Shown: piece by piece, positions 8,632 through 18,535 of the stretch
How the letters are laid out: the number at the start of each line of letters is the position of its first letter
Position numbering within the stretch: position 1 is the first letter of the stretch
NCBI GenBank assembly: GCA_900320995.1
Contig: ONUI01000001.1
Coordinates: forward strand, 1 to 49,714
DNA length: 49,714 nucleotides
Source of the DNA: an uncultured Eubacteriales bacterium
Lineage (GTDB): Bacteria; Bacillota; Clostridia; Oscillospirales; Acutalibacteraceae
Direction: 5' to 3'
The notes under the pieces: generated by a model
Seen by the model: the letters and a program-made list of their open reading frames with translations, nothing else
Told to the model about the DNA's origin: nothing
The model's database searches: none
Translations under genes and position numbers: made by a program

Positions 8632-8646
8632 GCTTATATGAGATGA

Positions 8647-8874
8647 TTATGTGGTGCTCGGCTTGAAGTCGCGGTCGCCTGCCTCGGTGGTATCTCTGAA
8701 CAACAGCGAGATACACCATAAAGCCGCCAAAGCAACGACGACATAGACGATACGGGCGATGATGCCCGACTGTCCGCCGAAGAGAAACGCGACTAAATCG
8801 AATTGGAACAAGCCCACGGCGCCCCAGTTGATACCGCCGACGATCAGCAGCGATAACGCAATTTTATCCAGCAT
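8647..8874 (-). CDS. DUF378/YuzA-like small membrane protein
   Basis: LLIVGGINWG..G.FQFDLV..LFG signature; GGAGG RBS. Confidence 0.88.
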   Translation of the reverse strand: MLDKIALSLLIVGGINWGAVGLFQFDLVAFLFGGQSGIIARIVYVVVALAALWCISLLFRDTTEAGDRDFKPSTT

Positions 8875-8933
8875 CGGTAAACCTCCTTACAGTAAAACTG
8901 TAATGCTATTGTTTGCCGAAATCACGCGGATAT

Positions 8934-9314
8934 TCATATGACCTTGGTAAAGTAAAGAATTAACACGACGGCGGCGATCAGGATCAGCGCGCCCGCGATG
9001 ATACGCGAGAGAAAGATCGCTTTTTTTAATTTGAATTTATGGATCATGATCTCGGGAGGGAAGGGGAGAAAGAGATACATCACGCCCAGTATGAGCATCG
9101 AGACTGAAGCGCCGATCGCGCCGATCCCTCTGGTAAAGGCGTATAAGAAGATACAAATGCCGATGGCAAGTACAAAAATACCGTTGATAACGGAAAAAGG
9201 TTTTTGATATTTTTCGCGCATTTCATAGAATTTATTCGAAGCGTTCTGACATTCATCCGAACAAAACATCTCATGATATGAGATCTCTTTCGCGCAATAT
9301 TCGCATTTTTTCAT
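8934..9314 (-). CDS. Zn-ribbon plus 3 TM hypothetical membrane protein (DUF2116-like)
   Basis: CEYC..FCSDEC N-terminus followed by hydrophobic helices. Confidence 0.7.
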   Translation of the reverse strand: MKKCEYCAKEISYHEMFCSDECQNASNKFYEMREKYQKPFSVINGIFVLAIGICIFLYAFTRGIGAIGASVSMLILGVMYLFLPFPPEIMIHKFKLKKAIFLSRIIAGALILIAAVVLILYFTKVI

Positions 9315-9583
9315 ATTTTATCACCATGTGTATTCTAATACTAAATTCAAATAAAAAGCAGACAATCTTAACGGTCTGATTTCCGTAATACTTCGTTGTC
9401 GTCCTTGGTAGGCGCCAGCCTACCGGCGTCCTTCGCCTTGTCTTACGAAAATCATCCTCGTTAATCTTAGTCCACTTTTTAATTGAAATTAGTATAACAC
9501 GAATCATAAATGTTTGCAATGTTAAGTTTTCAATATTGGCAATTTTGTTCAAATATTACTCTAATATTTGTAGAAAAAGATAA

Positions 9584-9612
9584 TTGAAGATTGATGACAG
9601 ATTTGTTATACT
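9584..9612 (+). promoter_or_regulatory. sigmaA promoter of amylase
   Basis: TTGAAG-17 nt-TATACT with extended TG. Confidence 0.6.
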
Positions 9613-9678
9613 AACTATGAGGAATACTCAGTATAGGATAACTATGTCCGGTTATCCGCAAATTTTAGGAGGAATAAT

Positions 9679-12600
9679 ATGAAAATGAGACGATTAGTTA
9701 GCTTGCTGCTGGCAGTCTTACTCGTTATGTCCTGCGTTTCCGTCGGCATTGTTGCTACCTCGGCAGCTGCTGTCGACACAGCGGATACGGCAGCGAACAT
9801 CGATGTAGCTGCTGCAGGCTCCGCATATGAGGATATGCAGAGTAAGACAACCGTCGAAAACAACTACGGTCTTTCCAAGACCGTCAACGACGGTACCATT
9901 CTGCAGGCGTGGACTTGGTCCTTCAAGAACATTGAAGCAAACCTCGAGACCATTGCGGAGCAGGGCTTTACTACCATTCAGGTATCTCCCCCCAATGAGA
10001 TCAAGAAGGGTACCAAAGGCGCTAAGTTCCTGCAGAACGACGGCCAGAACGGTTGGTGGATGTTCTATCAGCCCGCAGGCTTCCAGCTGAACAACAGCAC
10101 CGATAACGCGCTGGGCACCAAGGCTGAGTTCATTTCTCTGTGCGACAAAGCACACGAAATGGGCTTGAAGATCATTGTTGACGCGGTTATCAACCATATG
10201 GGTACTAAGGAAGGCGACGATAACAACACCTCGACCGATCCGATGTCCCATGTCACCCCCAAGGCTCAGAGCTTTGAGCCGGAGATATACAACAACAAGC
10301 TGTTCCATTCTCCTTGGGAACAGATGAAGTACATCGAGAGCGGCAGCGATACCGCGACCTCTACCTATGACCTTACCCGTAGATGCACCTCCGGTCTGCC
10401 CGACTTAAAGACAGAGGACAGCCGCGTACAGAAGGCGATCTATGATTACATGGAAGAGCTCGTACAGGCAGGCGCTGACGGCTTCCGTTTTGACGCGGCA
10501 AAGCATATCGAGACTCCCGATGATATTTCTCAGTACAGATCCGATTTCTGGACAAACACCTTAAAGAAGGTTCAGAATGCTCATACCGATAAGGAAATCT
10601 ACGCTTACGGTGAGATCCTGAACTCCTGCGGTATCGGCCGTCCCTACAGCATGTACACCAAGCTGATGGATGTTACCGATTCCAAGGGCTACTGGCAGAT
10701 CAACAACGCTGTTAAGAGCGGCGGCGCTATCGGCGAGTGGAACAACGCTACTCCCGGTTATCCCAGCTCTAACTTCACCGCGTCCAACGCGATGCTGTGG
10801 GATGAATCCCATGATACTTATGTTGACAAGTCCACTACCGACCTGAACACCACTCAGCGCGGTAAGATCTGGGCTCTGGTCGCGGGCCGTGCGGGTATCT
10901 CTTCCGTATACCTTGCTCGTCCTTCCGATAACACCAATACCAACGATCTGTACAACATCTCTATCGGTGAAGCGCGCAAGACCTCTTGGTCCAACGCTAC
11001 CACCAAGGCGATCAACCAGTTCCATAACTACTTCATCGGTCAGTCCGAGTATTGCACCAGCAACTACAGCAATACCGCTTACATTGAGAGAGGTAACTCC
11101 GGCGCGATGATCGTCAACCTCGGCGGCACCACCGCGAAGAACGTTACTCTGACCAACCACAGACTGACTCCGGGCAGCTATAAGGACGCTATCACCGGCG
11201 CTACCTTCACAGTTACCAGCTCCCAGATCAAGGGTGCGGTCGGCTCTACCGGTGTTGCGGTAATCTATGAGAACAATGAGGCTCCCAAGCCCACTGATCC
11301 TCCCAAGCCTACCGATCCGCCCGAGACCTACATCCTCGGCGACGTTGACGGCAACAAGACTGTTGATTCCATCGACGTTTCCATGATCATGCGTTCCAGC
11401 ATCAACACACAGACTCTGACCGATAAGCAGAGCCGCGCGGGTGATGTTGACGGCGACGGCTTCGTTACCGTTATCGACGCTACGCTGATCCAGCGTTATC
11501 TCGCGAATAAACCCGTCAAATATGACATTGGTAAGGAAATAACTGTACAGCCCGTACAACCCACGATTCCTCCTATTATTATCCCGACCACCGGTCCCGA
11601 TGATCCGACTGAGCCCGATCCCGATCAGGGCGGCACGATCATCTTCTCCAACAACAAGGGCTTCAGCTCTGTTAACATTTACTATTGGTCTGACGGTAAT
11701 GAGCCCATAGAGTGGCCCGGCGTTCCGATGACCTCTATCGGCATGAACGAGTACGGTGAAGAGAGATTCACCTTCGATCTGCCCGCAGGCATGACCAATT
11801 ACATCATCAACGACGGTACTCAGCAGACTGTTGACATTCCGTTCAACGGCTCTACCGGCGTTTACATGACCGATCAGGATGCTGAGGGTCATTACAATGT
11901 TGAATTCTACGATATCGACCCGAATCCCGGTCCCGGTCCCGGACCTGATCCCGATCCCGATGTTCAGGGCTCCTTCCTGCTGACCGACAACTTCGGCTGG
12001 GGCAGCGCCTATGTCTATGCTTGGGACGATGACGGCAATGAGCTCTACGGCGCATGGCCGGGTTCCGCTCAGGCTGAGACTACTCAGAATGAGTACGGCG
12101 AGACTCAGTTCAGATGCTATATCCCCAAGGGTGCTACCGGCGTTATCCTGAGCAACGGTAACGGCGAGCAGACCGAGGACATCAAGGACTTCTCCTATGA
12201 CGGTTACTGGATGGACGGCTCCAAGAATGACCAGGGTCATTACAAGGTCATCGGTTGGAACTCCGACGGTTCCGGCGGTTCTGTAGAGCCCACACCCGAT
12301 TATCCTGTCAAATCTACCTTCCTGCTGACCGACAACTTCGGTTGGGGTCAGGCATATGTCTATGCTTGGGATGCAGATGATAATAAGATCTACGGCGAAT
12401 GGCCGGGCTCCGCTATGGCAGAGACCACTCAGAACGAGTACGGCGAGACTCAGTTCAAGTGCAATGTTCCCGAGGGCGCTGTCGGCGTGATCCTGAGCAA
12501 CGGTAACGGTGCTCAGACCGAGGACATCACTGACTTTACCTATGACGGTTACTGGATGAACGGTTCCAAGAACGATCAGGGTCACTACCTCGTAACAGGT

Positions 12601-15051
12601 TGGAGAGCTGACGGTTCCGGTTCCGACGAACCCACTCCCACGCCCACTCCTACTCCCGATCCCTCCAACAGAACCATCATCTTCTCTAACAACAAGCGCA
12701 TGGGTTCTGTTAACATCTATTATTGGTCTGATTCCAGCGAGCCTGTAGAGTGGCCCGGCGTTCCGATGACCTCTATCGGTATGAACGAATACGGTGAAGA
12801 GAGATTCACCTTCGAGCTGCCCGAGGGCATGACCAACTATATCATCACCGACGGTACTACCAAGACCGTTGACATTCCGTTTACCGGCGCGACCGGCGTT
12901 TACATGACCGATCTCAACGGTGAAGGCGCATATGAAGTTGACTTCTATGATATCGGCGGCGGTTCCGGTCCGATCGATCCTCCTACACCCGTAGGTGATG
13001 ACGGTATCTATCTCGTTGGTACCTTCAGCAACTGGGAGACCTCTGCTCAGTATAAGATGAGCGAGAACTCCGCGAACCCCGGCGAGTACATGATCTCTAC
13101 CACCCTTTCCGAGGGCGACGGCGTCAAGGTCGTTAAGGTAGAGAACGGTAATAGCACATGGTATCCCGACGGCATGGATAACGAGTACACTGTTGACGCG
13201 GCTCACGCAGGCAATGTCACCGTTTACTTCAATGCAAGCGGCAATGCTGAGTGGAGCGCGTTCGGCGGCTACATGTACATCGATAACGGCGGTTATACTC
13301 CCGATCCTCAGCAGCCCACTCAGGGCGGCGGTACGGTTAACCCCGACGTTACCGACAGAACCATCATCTTCTCTAACAACAAGGGCTTCAGCACCGTCAA
13401 CATCTATTACTGGTCTGATGAAAGCGAGCCCGTAGATTGGCCCGGCGTTCCGATGACCTCTATCGGTATGAACGAGTACGGTGAAGAGAGATTCACCTTC
13501 GAGATGCCCGCGGGCATGACCAACTACATCATCAACGACGGTGAACAGCAGACTGTTGACATTCCGTTCACCGGCGCTACCGGCGTATACATGACCGAAA
13601 AGGACGGCACCGGCAACTATGAGGTAGCCTTCTATGATATCGGCGGCGGTCAGATCATTCCGACTCCCGATCCGACTTCCGGTCCCATTGATCCGACTCC
13701 TGTCGGAGATGACGGCGTCTATCTCGTAGGCACCTTCAGCGGCTGGGAAACCGATGCTCAGTATAAGATGAGCGAGAATCCCGGCGCACCCGGCGAGTAC
13801 ATGCTCTCTACCACTCTCAGCGAGGGTGACGGCGTTAAGGTCGTTAAGGTAGAAAACGGCGTCCAGACATGGTATCCGGACGGCACCGATAATGAGTACG
13901 TCGTTGACGCGGCTCACGCAGGCAGCGTAACCGTATACTTCAACGCGGCAGGTAATGCTGAGTGGAGTGCGTTCGGCGGCTACATGTACATCGATAACGG
14001 CTCGACTCCTACTCCCGATCCCGATCCCACAACCGCTCCTGTTGATCCGACTCCTGTCGGTGATGACGGCGTCTATCTCGTAGGCACCTTCAGCAGCTGG
14101 GAAACCTCCGCTCAGTATAAGATGAGCGAGAACTCTGCCGCTCCCGGTGAGTATATGCTCTCTACCACTCTCAGCGAGGGTGACGGCGTTAAGGTCGTTA
14201 AGGTAGAAAACGGAGTTGCGACTTGGTATCCGGACGGTACCGATAACGAGTACGTTGTTGACGCGGCTCACGCAGGTAATGTCACCGTATACTTCAACGC
14301 GGCAGGCAATGCTGAGTGGAGCGCGTTCGGCGGCTACATGTACATCGATAACGGTTCGACTCCTGTTGATCCGACTCAGCCTGTTACTCCCGATCCCGAG
14401 CCTTCCGACAGAACCATCATCTTCTCCAATAATAAGGGCTTCAGCACCGTTAACATTTATTATTGGTCTGATTCCAGCGAGCCTGTAGAGTGGCCCGGCG
14501 TTCCGATGACTTACTACGATACCAACGAAATGGGCGAACAGAGGTATTCATTCGAGATGCCCGCCGGCATGACCAACTACATCATCAACGACGGTACACA
14601 GCAGACCGTTGACATTCCGTTCACCGGCGCTACAGGCGTTTACATGACAGATAAGAATACTTCGGGTAATTATATGGTTGATTTCTATGACATCAGCAAC
14701 ATAGAACCCAACCCCAATCCTAATCCTAATCCCGATCCGACTCCGAGCGACAAGGATGTTACCTTCGAGCCCGGCGAAGCGAGTGCTTCTGATCCCGCAT
14801 GGTTCGCTTGGGTTTGGAACGATAATTCCGAAGGCACCTGGATCAAGGGTACTGCTTCCGGCTCCAACGTTGTTTTCTCCGGTGCGGCTGATTACGGCAA
14901 CATTCTTGTCGTAAGAATGAAAACCGGCTCTGAATCCGCTGATTGGGATACCTGTTGGAACCAATCCGAGGATATGAAGATGCAGTCAGGAAAAACTCTT
15001 TGCTTCAAAGCATGGGGCAGCGGTAAAGTGTTTAGCGTTGAATGGAAATAA
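9679..15051 (+). CDS. secreted multimodular GH13 alpha-amylase with dockerin and repeated starch-binding-type modules
   Basis: signal peptide; DAVINH, GFRFDAAKH, YGE, ESHD catalytic regions; duplicated GDVDG dockerin; CBM26-like YYW..WPG repeats with Pro/Thr linkers. Confidence 0.93.
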   Translation: MKMRRLVSLLLAVLLVMSCVSVGIVATSAAAVDTADTAANIDVAAAGSAYEDMQSKTTVENNYGLSKTVNDGTILQAWTWSFKNIEANLETIAEQGFTTIQVSPPNEIKKGTKGAKFLQNDGQNGWWMFYQPAGFQLNNSTDNALGTKAEFISLCDKAHEMGLKIIVDAVINHMGTKEGDDNNTSTDPMSHVTPKAQSFEPEIYNNKLFHSPWEQMKYIESGSDTATSTYDLTRRCTSGLPDLKTEDSRVQKAIYDYMEELVQAGADGFRFDAAKHIETPDDISQYRSDFWTNTLKKVQNAHTDKEIYAYGEILNSCGIGRPYSMYTKLMDVTDSKGYWQINNAVKSGGAIGEWNNATPGYPSSNFTASNAMLWDESHDTYVDKSTTDLNTTQRGKIWALVAGRAGISSVYLARPSDNTNTNDLYNISIGEARKTSWSNATTKAINQFHNYFIGQSEYCTSNYSNTAYIERGNSGAMIVNLGGTTAKNVTLTNHRLTPGSYKDAITGATFTVTSSQIKGAVGSTGVAVIYENNEAPKPTDPPKPTDPPETYILGDVDGNKTVDSIDVSMIMRSSINTQTLTDKQSRAGDVDGDGFVTVIDATLIQRYLANKPVKYDIGKEITVQPVQPTIPPIIIPTTGPDDPTEPDPDQGGTIIFSNNKGFSSVNIYYWSDGNEPIEWPGVPMTSIGMNEYGEERFTFDLPAGMTNYIINDGTQQTVDIPFNGSTGVYMTDQDAEGHYNVEFYDIDPNPGPGPGPDPDPDVQGSFLLTDNFGWGSAYVYAWDDDGNELYGAWPGSAQAETTQNEYGETQFRCYIPKGATGVILSNGNGEQTEDIKDFSYDGYWMDGSKNDQGHYKVIGWNSDGSGGSVEPTPDYPVKSTFLLTDNFGWGQAYVYAWDADDNKIYGEWPGSAMAETTQNEYGETQFKCNVPEGAVGVILSNGNGAQTEDITDFTYDGYWMNGSKNDQGHYLVTGWRADGSGSDEPTPTPTPTPDPSNRTIIFSNNKRMGSVNIYYWSDSSEPVEWPGVPMTSIGMNEYGEERFTFELPEGMTNYIITDGTTKTVDIPFTGATGVYMTDLNGEGAYEVDFYDIGGGSGPIDPPTPVGDDGIYLVGTFSNWETSAQYKMSENSANPGEYMISTTLSEGDGVKVVKVENGNSTWYPDGMDNEYTVDAAHAGNVTVYFNASGNAEWSAFGGYMYIDNGGYTPDPQQPTQGGGTVNPDVTDRTIIFSNNKGFSTVNIYYWSDESEPVDWPGVPMTSIGMNEYGEERFTFEMPAGMTNYIINDGEQQTVDIPFTGATGVYMTEKDGTGNYEVAFYDIGGGQIIPTPDPTSGPIDPTPVGDDGVYLVGTFSGWETDAQYKMSENPGAPGEYMLSTTLSEGDGVKVVKVENGVQTWYPDGTDNEYVVDAAHAGSVTVYFNAAGNAEWSAFGGYMYIDNGSTPTPDPDPTTAPVDPTPVGDDGVYLVGTFSSWETSAQYKMSENSAAPGEYMLSTTLSEGDGVKVVKVENGVATWYPDGTDNEYVVDAAHAGNVTVYFNAAGNAEWSAFGGYMYIDNGSTPVDPTQPVTPDPEPSDRTIIFSNNKGFSTVNIYYWSDSSEPVEWPGVPMTYYDTNEMGEQRYSFEMPAGMTNYIINDGTQQTVDIPFTGATGVYMTDKNTSGNYMVDFYDISNIEPNPNPNPNPDPTPSDKDVTFEPGEASASDPAWFAWVWNDNSEGTWIKGTASGSNVVFSGAADYGNILVVRMKTGSESADWDTCWNQSEDMKMQSGKTLCFKAWGSGKVFSVEWK

Positions 15052-15093
15052 TCCATCCTCTCAGCGAAAGCTGTAAATGATCCTACTTAAAAT

Positions 15094-15126
15094 ACGGGAG
15101 CAGGCTTCGGTCTGCTCCCGTTTTAT
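15094..15126 (+). terminator. intrinsic terminator of amylase
   Basis: ACGGGAGCAGGC-TTCG-GTCTGCTCCCGT then TTT. Confidence 0.9.
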
Positions 15127-15139
15127 GTTTGATGATATG

Positions 15140-15176
15140 GTCATTGCGAAGCCCGCAAGGGCTGTGGCATTTTAAC
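15140..15176 (+). repeat. degenerate family A element
   Basis: GTCATTGCGAAGCCCGCAAGGGCTGTGGCA. Confidence 0.65.
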
Positions 15177-15194
15177 GATAGATTGGAGGCTGTT

Positions 15195-15797
15195 ATGCAC
15201 ATTCCGTCATCCGATACCATTGATATTGAAGTCCTGACCTTTGCGGACGCGATGGTCAGCACCAATGATAATTATGATAAAAAACGCTGGCTGTATGTGC
15301 CCGATTTTTACAGCGAATACCGTTATATCCTCGGCACGAGAGGGGAGAGGCCGCTGATCTGCATCGGCATCAATCCATCGACCGCCGCACCGGATGATCT
15401 GGATAACACGCTCAAATCCGTCGAGCGGATCGCGTTGGCAAACGGCTTTGACAGCTTCATCATGTTCAACGTCTACGCCCAACGCGCCACGAATCCCGAC
15501 GATATGGAACGAGAGTGCAACACGCTGCTCCATGAGGAGAACATGAAAGCGTTCGATTATATCTTAGGCTTGAGTGAAAGTCCCGCTGTCTGGGCGGCAT
15601 GGGGGAATATCATCGAAAAACGCCCCTATTTGCCCGATTGCGTGCGTTCGATGATCGCGCTCGGTACCGAACATCACGCAAAATGGTACTCCGCCGGAAA
15701 GATCTCAAAAAAAGGTCATCCGCATCATCCGCTCTATCTGAAAAAGGACACCCCTCTTGATCCCTTCGATATCGAAAAATATATCGAATCATTGTGA
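15195..15797 (+). CDS. DUF1643 domain protein
   Basis: YRY.L, IGINPSTA, D.T, NVYA.RAT.P, AAWG, GHPHHPLY; GGAGG RBS before MHIP. Confidence 0.85.
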   Translation: MHIPSSDTIDIEVLTFADAMVSTNDNYDKKRWLYVPDFYSEYRYILGTRGERPLICIGINPSTAAPDDLDNTLKSVERIALANGFDSFIMFNVYAQRATNPDDMERECNTLLHEENMKAFDYILGLSESPAVWAAWGNIIEKRPYLPDCVRSMIALGTEHHAKWYSAGKISKKGHPHHPLYLKKDTPLDPFDIEKYIESL

Positions 15798-15884
15798 TTA
15801 TTCAGCAATGATCTGTTCTTTCCTGTATCCTCGTCAGAGGGACTGAAAAGGATGCTGCGCTATTTTATCAAAGCAAATGGAATT

Positions 15885-15926
15885 TGTCATTGCGTGGCTC
15901 GCAAGAGCCGTGGCAATCTCAACCGA
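15885..15926 (+). repeat. family A element
   Basis: TGTCATTGCGTGGCTCGCAAGAGCCGTGGCAATCTCAACCGA. Confidence 0.85.
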
Positions 15927-15957
15927 AAAAAGACCCGCCATGATCGGCGGGCCTTTC
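15926..15957. terminator. bidirectional terminator
   Basis: AAAGACCCGCC/GGCGGGCCTTT between convergent genes. Confidence 0.7.
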
Positions 15958-15986
15958 TCATCATTATAACCTTTTTTATAAGAACC

Positions 15987-16418
15987 TTACAGCTTTGCCA
16001 TATCCTCTTCGGTGACAAGGCTGATACCGTGCTCGGTCAGGATCTTCTCGGCGGTGTCGTTATCCTCAACGCGGAGTACCACATACGCGAACTTCTTGGA
16101 AACGGTGATGAAAGCGTACATATACTCGATGTTGATGTTGTTGTCCGCCAAGATCTTGACGACCTTCGCCAGAGCGCCGGGCTCATCCTGTACGGCTACG
16201 CCGACGACCTCGGTGATGGAAACGAACGCGTTCGCGTCGTCGAGCGCTTGCTTTGCCTTGGCGATATCTGTGACGATCAGGCGAAAGATACCGAAGTCAT
16301 TGGTATCCGCAACGCTCATAGCGCGGATGTCAACGCCCGCCTTGGCGATCGCGTCGGTGACGGTGACGAGTGTGCCTTCACGGTTTTCTACAAAGATGGA
16401 TAACTGTTTAATTGCCAT
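15987..16418 (-). CDS. double ACT domain protein
   Basis: IKQLSIFVENREG, DFGIFRL, PGAL, NIEYMYAF. Confidence 0.9.
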   Translation of the reverse strand: MAIKQLSIFVENREGTLVTVTDAIAKAGVDIRAMSVADTNDFGIFRLIVTDIAKAKQALDDANAFVSITEVVGVAVQDEPGALAKVVKILADNNINIEYMYAFITVSKKFAYVVLRVEDNDTAEKILTEHGISLVTEEDMAKL

Positions 16419-16484
16419 AATGTTACTCCTTATGATTGATGGTGGGGAGAGAATGTCCTCCCGCTGAATTAGGATGTACGGTGA

Positions 16485-17804
16485 TTATGTATGGATACCG
16501 ATTTTCTTACGGTTATCGATGACCCTGACAGCCTTGCCCTCGCTGCGCGCAATCGACTTCGGCGCGACCAGACGGATGACGGGATTGATGCCGAGCATCT
16601 CTTTCATCGCACTCTGGATCTTTTTCTCCTTCTTGGTGATGACCTGCGGCTTATCGGAGAAATCCTCGGGAAGCATTTCTACACGGATCTCGAAGGTGTC
16701 GGTATTATTTACACGGTCGATCAGGATCTGGTAGTTCGGCGCGTAGCCCTTGTTCAGGAGAACTGCCTCGATCTGGCTGGGGAAGACGTTGACGCCGCGG
16801 ATGATCATCATGTCATCGGAACGTCCCATCGGCTTGTGCATACGGATAAAGGTTCTGCCGCAGGAGCATTTCTCGCGGGTGAGAACGGTGATGTCGCGGG
16901 TGCGGTAACGGATCAGCGGGAACGCCTCTTTGTCGAGCGAGGTGAATACCAATTCACCCTTACTGCCCTCGGGAAGCACCTCACCGGTGTCGGGATCGAT
17001 GATCTCGGCATAGAAGTGATCCTCGTTGATGTGCATACCGTTCTGCTCACAGCATTCAAAAGCCACGCCGGGGCCGCTGGACTCAGTCAGACCGTAGATG
17101 TCATACGCCTTGATACCGAGGCTGTTCTCGATGTCGTGACGCATTTCTTCTGTCCACGGCTCCGCGCCGAAGATACCTGCCTTGAGGCTGTTGTAGCCGG
17201 GCTTGTAGCCCTGTTCCTTCAGCGTCTCGCCGATATAAGCAGCATAGGAGGGCGTACAGCAGAGGATGCTGGCGTTGAGATCCATCATGAACTGGATCTG
17301 ACGATTGGTGTTGCCGCTCGACATGGGCAGGGTCAGACAGCCAACCTTATGTGAGCCGCCGTGCAGACCCGCGCCGCCGGTGAACAGTCCGTAACCGTAG
17401 GCGACCTGTACGACGTCGCCTTTGTCGCCGCCTGCCGCGACGATCGCTCGCGCACAGCAGTCTTCCCACATATCGACGTCATTCTGGGTGTAGAACGCGA
17501 CAACGCGCTTGCCGGTGGTACCGGAGGTGGAGTGGATACGTACACAGTTTTTGAGGTCGGTCGCGAGCATTCCGTAGGGATATGCTTCTCGCAGATCGTT
17601 TTTGCTCAGGAACGGCAGCTTGCTGATATCCTCCAGACAGGTGATATCCTCAGGCTTGACGCCCTTTTCATCCATCAGCTTGCGGTAATACTCAACGTGT
17701 TCATACACATAGCGCACCTGACGGATGAGCTTGTACTCCTGCAGCTTTTTGATCTCGTTGACCGGCATGGTCTCAGCTTCGGGCTGATAGAATCTTTTCT
17801 GCAT
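16485..17804 (-). CDS. paaK: phenylacetate-CoA ligase family protein (copy 1)
   Basis: RIHSTSGTTG, YGYGLFTGG, YGLTE, RYRTRD, GRSDDM, GVNVFPSQIE. Confidence 0.9.
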   Translation of the reverse strand: MQKRFYQPEAETMPVNEIKKLQEYKLIRQVRYVYEHVEYYRKLMDEKGVKPEDITCLEDISKLPFLSKNDLREAYPYGMLATDLKNCVRIHSTSGTTGKRVVAFYTQNDVDMWEDCCARAIVAAGGDKGDVVQVAYGYGLFTGGAGLHGGSHKVGCLTLPMSSGNTNRQIQFMMDLNASILCCTPSYAAYIGETLKEQGYKPGYNSLKAGIFGAEPWTEEMRHDIENSLGIKAYDIYGLTESSGPGVAFECCEQNGMHINEDHFYAEIIDPDTGEVLPEGSKGELVFTSLDKEAFPLIRYRTRDITVLTREKCSCGRTFIRMHKPMGRSDDMMIIRGVNVFPSQIEAVLLNKGYAPNYQILIDRVNNTDTFEIRVEMLPEDFSDKPQVITKKEKKIQSAMKEMLGINPVIRLVAPKSIARSEGKAVRVIDNRKKIGIHT

Positions 17805-17846
17805 GGGGCTTCATCCTTTCTTTTGTTTTTTTCACGATACCTTACA

Positions 17847-17889
17847 GCCTCCCTTTCCCAAGGGAGGTGCCCGAAAGGGCGGAGGGTTG
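17847..17889 (+). repeat. family C element
   Basis: GCCTCCCTTTCCCAAGGGAGGTGCCCGAAAGGGCGGAGGGTTG. Confidence 0.8.
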
Positions 17890-17965
17890 ATAGGATCAGT
17901 GAAGTCGATCAGTGAGCATATGATCAAATCAACCTTTTATTATTACGTCATTATCGGGGAACCGA

Positions 17966-18535
17966 TCAGCAGTTATATCCCAAATCAAACGCTATTTTGT
18001 TGATCTCAACAAACTGCGGCTTGACGCATTTTTCGATGGCGGTCAGCCATTTTTCTTTGGGCATATCGAAGTATTTGGCAAGTCTGCCCATCAGTACGAT
18101 ATTGCACGCTTTGGAGGAGCCTGCCTCATTCGCCAGCGCCAGCGCGTCGATATCATCTACATGGATACCCTTCGCCTTCATCTCATCGATAATGTCCTCG
18201 GGATAGGTTGCCGCGCCGATGATGACCGGCATGGGATCGATCTGCTGGGTGTTGACGATGATGGTACCGTCCTTTTTGAGGTTTTCCACATAGCGAGCCG
18301 CCTCGATCTTCTCGAAGGACACGATGAAATCCGCTTCACCGTTTTCGATCACGGGGGAGTAGACCTTTTCGCCGAAGCGGACATAGGTGACGACGGAACC
18401 GCCGCGCTGGCTCATTCCGTGCACTTCGGATACTTTTACGTCGTAGCCTTCATCGACCAGCAGTCTGCCGAGCAGCTTGGAAGCGAGCAGAGAACCCTGT
18501 CCGCCGACGCCGACGATCATAATATTCTTAGTCAT
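17966..18535 (-). CDS. iorB: indolepyruvate:ferredoxin oxidoreductase beta subunit
   Basis: GVGGQG, SEVHGMSQRGGSV; start at MTKNIMIV. Confidence 0.93.
   Translation of the reverse strand: MTKNIMIVGVGGQGSLLASKLLGRLLVDEGYDVKVSEVHGMSQRGGSVVTYVRFGEKVYSPVIENGEADFIVSFEKIEAARYVENLKKDGTIIVNTQQIDPMPVIIGAATYPEDIIDEMKAKGIHVDDIDALALANEAGSSKACNIVLMGRLAKYFDMPKEKWLTAIEKCVKPQFVEINKIAFDLGYNC

Noticed and set aside
10561-14271. 1236-aa antisense ORF opposite the amylase
   Set aside because: Shadow frame expected from strong codon bias in a repetitive gene; no recognisable motifs.
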